From contig JBBRVW010000025.1 of NCBI GenBank assembly GCA_038246545.1, positions 3,864 to 67,863 of the forward strand: a DNA stretch of 64,000 nt, written 5' to 3'. The notes below the pieces were generated by a model. That model was not told where the DNA came from. It saw nothing but the letters and a program-made list of their open reading frames with translations, and did no database searches. Of the stretch, positions 62,098 to 64,000 are shown in pieces. How positions within the stretch are numbered: position 1 is the stretch's first letter; each line of letters begins with the position of its first letter. The DNA comes from Actinomycetes bacterium. GTDB lineage: Bacteria; Actinomycetota; Actinomycetes; JACCUZ01. Both the position numbers and the translations under genes were made by a program.

Positions 62098-62580
62098 GCC
62101 AGTGCCTCTCGCAGCTGCGCCTTGGCGCGCATCATCCGGGTCTTCACGGTCCCCGTCGGCAGGCCGAGCAGGAGCCCGGCCTCGCGGGTGGTCAGGCCGT
62201 CCAGGACGGTCGCCTGGACGACGGTACGCAGCTCGGGAGAGAGCCGGCCGAGAGCGCCGGCGAGGTCGCCGTACTCCACGCCGGCGAGCACCCGCTCCTC
62301 CGCCGACGGCTCGGTCCCCGATCCCGATCCCCCAGATCCAGGCGGCGACCTCCCCGTCTCCGGACCACCGTCGCGCTCCCCTCCACACCGCGACGAAGGT
62401 GTCCTGTACCGCCTCGTCGACCAGCTGGGCGTCGTTGCAGCGCCGGGTCAGGCGTAGCAGCAGCCAGGCCGCATGCCGGGCGTACAACGTCTCGAGCGCA
62501 CCGCGGTCGCCAGCGGCCACGGCGCGCACCAGGACGGCGTCGCTCGGCTGGTCGTCGGCGGTGTCGGCCACGGGTGTCAC
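62094..62580 (-). pseudogene. ECF sigma factor disrupted by a frameshift (and probably an internal deletion) between regions 2 and 4
   Basis: The frame from GTG 62580 gives ...LVRAVAAGDRGALETLYARHAAWLLLRLTRRCNDAQLVDEAVQDTFVAVWRGARRW...AAWIWGIGI. Region 4 (EPSAEERVLAGVEYGDLAGALGRLSPELRTVVQATVLDGLTTREAGLLLGLPTGTVKTRMMRAKAQLREALA) is in another frame. The switch is at the CCCC run 62316..62319, next to a GGGATCGGGATC tandem. Confidence 0.7.
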
Positions 62581-62612
62581 TGTGGTCCGGTCGGCCGCTG
62601 TCCGCACTCTGT

Positions 62613-63215
62613 TCAGAACGGCATCGTGACGCGGGCCAGCCGGGCACCGGCGTTGCCGGCCGGCACGGCGCCGCCGGCGCTGGTCGTGTTGAGGTGCAGG
62701 ATCACCGCCCGTGGCCCACCCGTCGCGGTGGGCCGGAACGGCCAGTCGACGACGGTCTGCGCGCGCCCGTTGCCGGCCGCGTTGGTCACCAGGTCCAGCC
62801 AGACCTCGTTGGCCGGGTTGGCGTACGCCGGGTCGGTGGAGGCCACCGTGAGGCTGCCGTTCGCGGCCGGGTCCGGAGCGTTCTGGTAGTGCGCGCCAGC
62901 AGCGGCTCCGGTCGCGCCGCAGGGCAGGTAGTGCGCGTGCGCGCCGTAGGTCTCGTCCGGCAGCAGGCCCCACGCGTGCAGGACGACGGTCCGGCCGCTG
63001 CCGGTGGGGACCGCGCGGACCGCGACCCGGGCGCCGACCGGCACCTGCGACGGGTCATAGGTGAACGCCGCCGTCGCGCCCGCTGGGGCAGCGAACAGGC
63101 CCCCGGCGTCGACCGGGCCGACGGAGGCGCCCGCCGGCGCGGTCGCGGCCGCGACGACGAGTGCCGTACCGAGACCGGCGGCAGCGGCGAGGACGGCGGA
63201 GCGGCGTACGGTCAT
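62613..63215 (-). CDS. Secreted Cu/Zn-superoxide-dismutase-like protein (divergent ligand set)
   Basis: 200-aa ORF. Signal MTVRRSAVLAAAAGLGTALVVAAATAPAGA. VLHAWGL...GAHAHYLPCG...GAHY...AVILHLN. Not all canonical SodC His ligands are visible. Confidence 0.55.
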   Translation of the reverse strand: MTVRRSAVLAAAAGLGTALVVAAATAPAGASVGPVDAGGLFAAPAGATAAFTYDPSQVPVGARVAVRAVPTGSGRTVVLHAWGLLPDETYGAHAHYLPCGATGAAAGAHYQNAPDPAANGSLTVASTDPAYANPANEVWLDLVTNAAGNGRAQTVVDWPFRPTATGGPRAVILHLNTTSAGGAVPAGNAGARLARVTMPF

Positions 63216-63278
63216 GGCGAGCCCCTTCCGGCGACGACGAGTGACACCCTCCCTGTCGGTGCCGGAGCCCCGAACGGT

Positions 63279-63581
63279 TCAGTGCCGGGCAAGCCGGATC
63301 CGCGCGACGCCGCCGTCGAGGTCGACGGTGCTGCGCGGCGGCGCGCCGTCGTCGGCCTCGTCGCGCACCAGCTCCTGCTTCTGCCGCTCGGCCAGCTCGT
63401 CGGCCTTGCCGGGCGACAGGGACGCGTGCAGCAGCTCGAACCCGGTCGAGGAGACCTGGCTGTCCCGCCGCCACCGGACGAGGCCGTGGTCGCGCAGCCG
63501 GAGGAGCAGCTGGTCGACGGCGGCCACCGCGAGCAGCGCAAGGACCAGCCCCGGCAACGTCAGTGCGACGGCGACGCCCAC
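63279..63581 (-). CDS. DUF6191-like small membrane-anchored protein
   Basis: GTG 63581 gives an N-terminal TM GVAVALTLPGLVLALLAVAAV followed by ...FELLHASLSPGKADELAERQKQELVRDEADDGAPPRSTVDLDGGVARI. Confidence 0.65.
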   Translation of the reverse strand: MGVAVALTLPGLVLALLAVAAVDQLLLRLRDHGLVRWRRDSQVSSTGFELLHASLSPGKADELAERQKQELVRDEADDGAPPRSTVDLDGGVARIRLARH

Positions 63582-63724
63582 AACGGCGAGGCTACGCCGC
63601 CGGGGCGACGCCCCCCGTCTCAACGCCCGCCCCACAGGGGGATAAGCGCTGGCTAACGCCCTTGTTCGCAGCCGGGGAGGGCCCGACGGTGAGGAGGAAC
63701 GCACCACCGAACCGAGGAGCCCGC

Positions 63725-64000
63725 ATGAGAAGGTCCCGCCGCATCGCCCTCACCGTGGCCGTGGCCACCGGACTGCTCGGTGGCGCCGGCGCCGCAGTCG
63801 CAGGGATCAACACCGGGGCCGGGAGCACGGCGGCCGCCGGCTCGACCGTCTCCTCGGGGACGACACCCGTCGCCGCGGCCGGTACGACGGCGGAGGACGC
63901 CGAGCTCGTGACGTACGTCGACGAGATGGGCCGCCGGGCCAGCCGCCTCCAGGAGCGACTGGCAGCCGCCCAGGCCCGTCTGGAGCACGCCCGCACCGTG
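63725..64000 (+). CDS. Secreted protein, partial (runs off the right edge)
   Basis: ATG 63725 is preceded by GAGGAG. MRRSRRIALTVAVATGLLGGAGAAVAGINTGAGS... The frame stays open to the end of the window, with coiled-coil-like text ...RLQERLAAAQARLEHART. Confidence 0.55.
   Translation, partial: MRRSRRIALTVAVATGLLGGAGAAVAGINTGAGSTAAAGSTVSSGTTPVAAAGTTAEDAELVTYVDEMGRRASRLQERLAAAQARLEHARTV

Noticed and set aside
1-64000. CRISPR arrays, tRNA/rRNA genes, insertion sequences, integrases, prophage or known defence-system genes
   Set aside because: Looked for regularly spaced direct repeats, AT-rich islands, transposase, integrase or phage-like translations, and structured RNA-sized gaps. None were found. 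All intergenic gaps are short, and the only repeats are the gene-fragment duplications at 55.4-56.1 kb and short palindromes.

Overview
Very GC-rich chromosomal segment (codon third positions are almost all G/C). The gene content looks actinobacterial: MMPL transporter, mycothiol-type MDMPI/DinB proteins, DUF6153/DUF305, several ECF sigma modules, TAT and lipoprotein signals. The taxon call is inference only. I saw no rRNA, tRNA, CRISPR array, transposase, integrase or phage genes.

Content in order:
(1) 0.4-16.7 kb: peptidoglycan/amino-sugar salvage locus. It holds a MurR/RpiR regulator, secreted DUF1343/NamZ-like and GH3/NagZ-like exo-glycosidases, a BadF-type sugar kinase, two non-MurQ SIS proteins, an ABC importer without ATPase, DUF5107, a class II aldolase, a ROK kinase, nagA and nagB.
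(2) 16.8-18.6 kb: membrane protein plus two tandem USP-like paralogs.
(3) 18.8-20.0 kb: two head-to-head 5'-truncated genes.
(4) 20.1-25.3 kb: CsoR-family regulator with a CstR-like x-C-x-C fingerprint, co-transcribed with an MMPL exporter. It is divergent from a rhodanese / MBL-rhodanese / TauE operon, with repeated ATAC-N8-GTAT operator-like sites in front of each unit.
(5) 25.3-35.8 kb: assorted genes (MarR-AzoR pair, VOC, AraC-DinB, lpdA, S1 protease, pentapeptide-repeat protein coupled to paaK, MFS, NUDIX, thioredoxin).
(6) 35.9-40.1 kb: phosphoesterase and an arsenic/cadmium locus (arsC, MIP channel, arsR, ArsI/CadI-like, second ArsR). This locus includes an unannotated 16-aa Cys-rich micro-ORF and a 66-aa ORF ending in CC.
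(7) 40.1-47.5 kb: shortened TupA-like lipoprotein, CPBP protease, rhodanese, methyltransferase, DUF6153/DUF305 copper-type module, ECF sigma pair, metzincin-like secreted protein, YccF.
(8) 48-53 kb: FadE5-like acyl-CoA dehydrogenase, DUF6458-like membrane proteins, and an HD-GYP protein followed by a start-less DUF3494 domain.
(9) 53-58 kb: APH, thioredoxin-NHL protein, a patch of gene fragments and scrambled repeats, NYN-like protein and nitrilase.
(10) 58-64 kb: MDMPI, and an ECF sigma (frameshifted)/anti-sigma/ABC ATPase/two membrane proteins module, SodC-like protein, DUF6191.

Most long ORFs in the six-frame track are antisense or out-of-frame artefacts of the high GC content. Several otherwise good genes need a frame change. 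This may be real gene decay or indel errors in the assembly.
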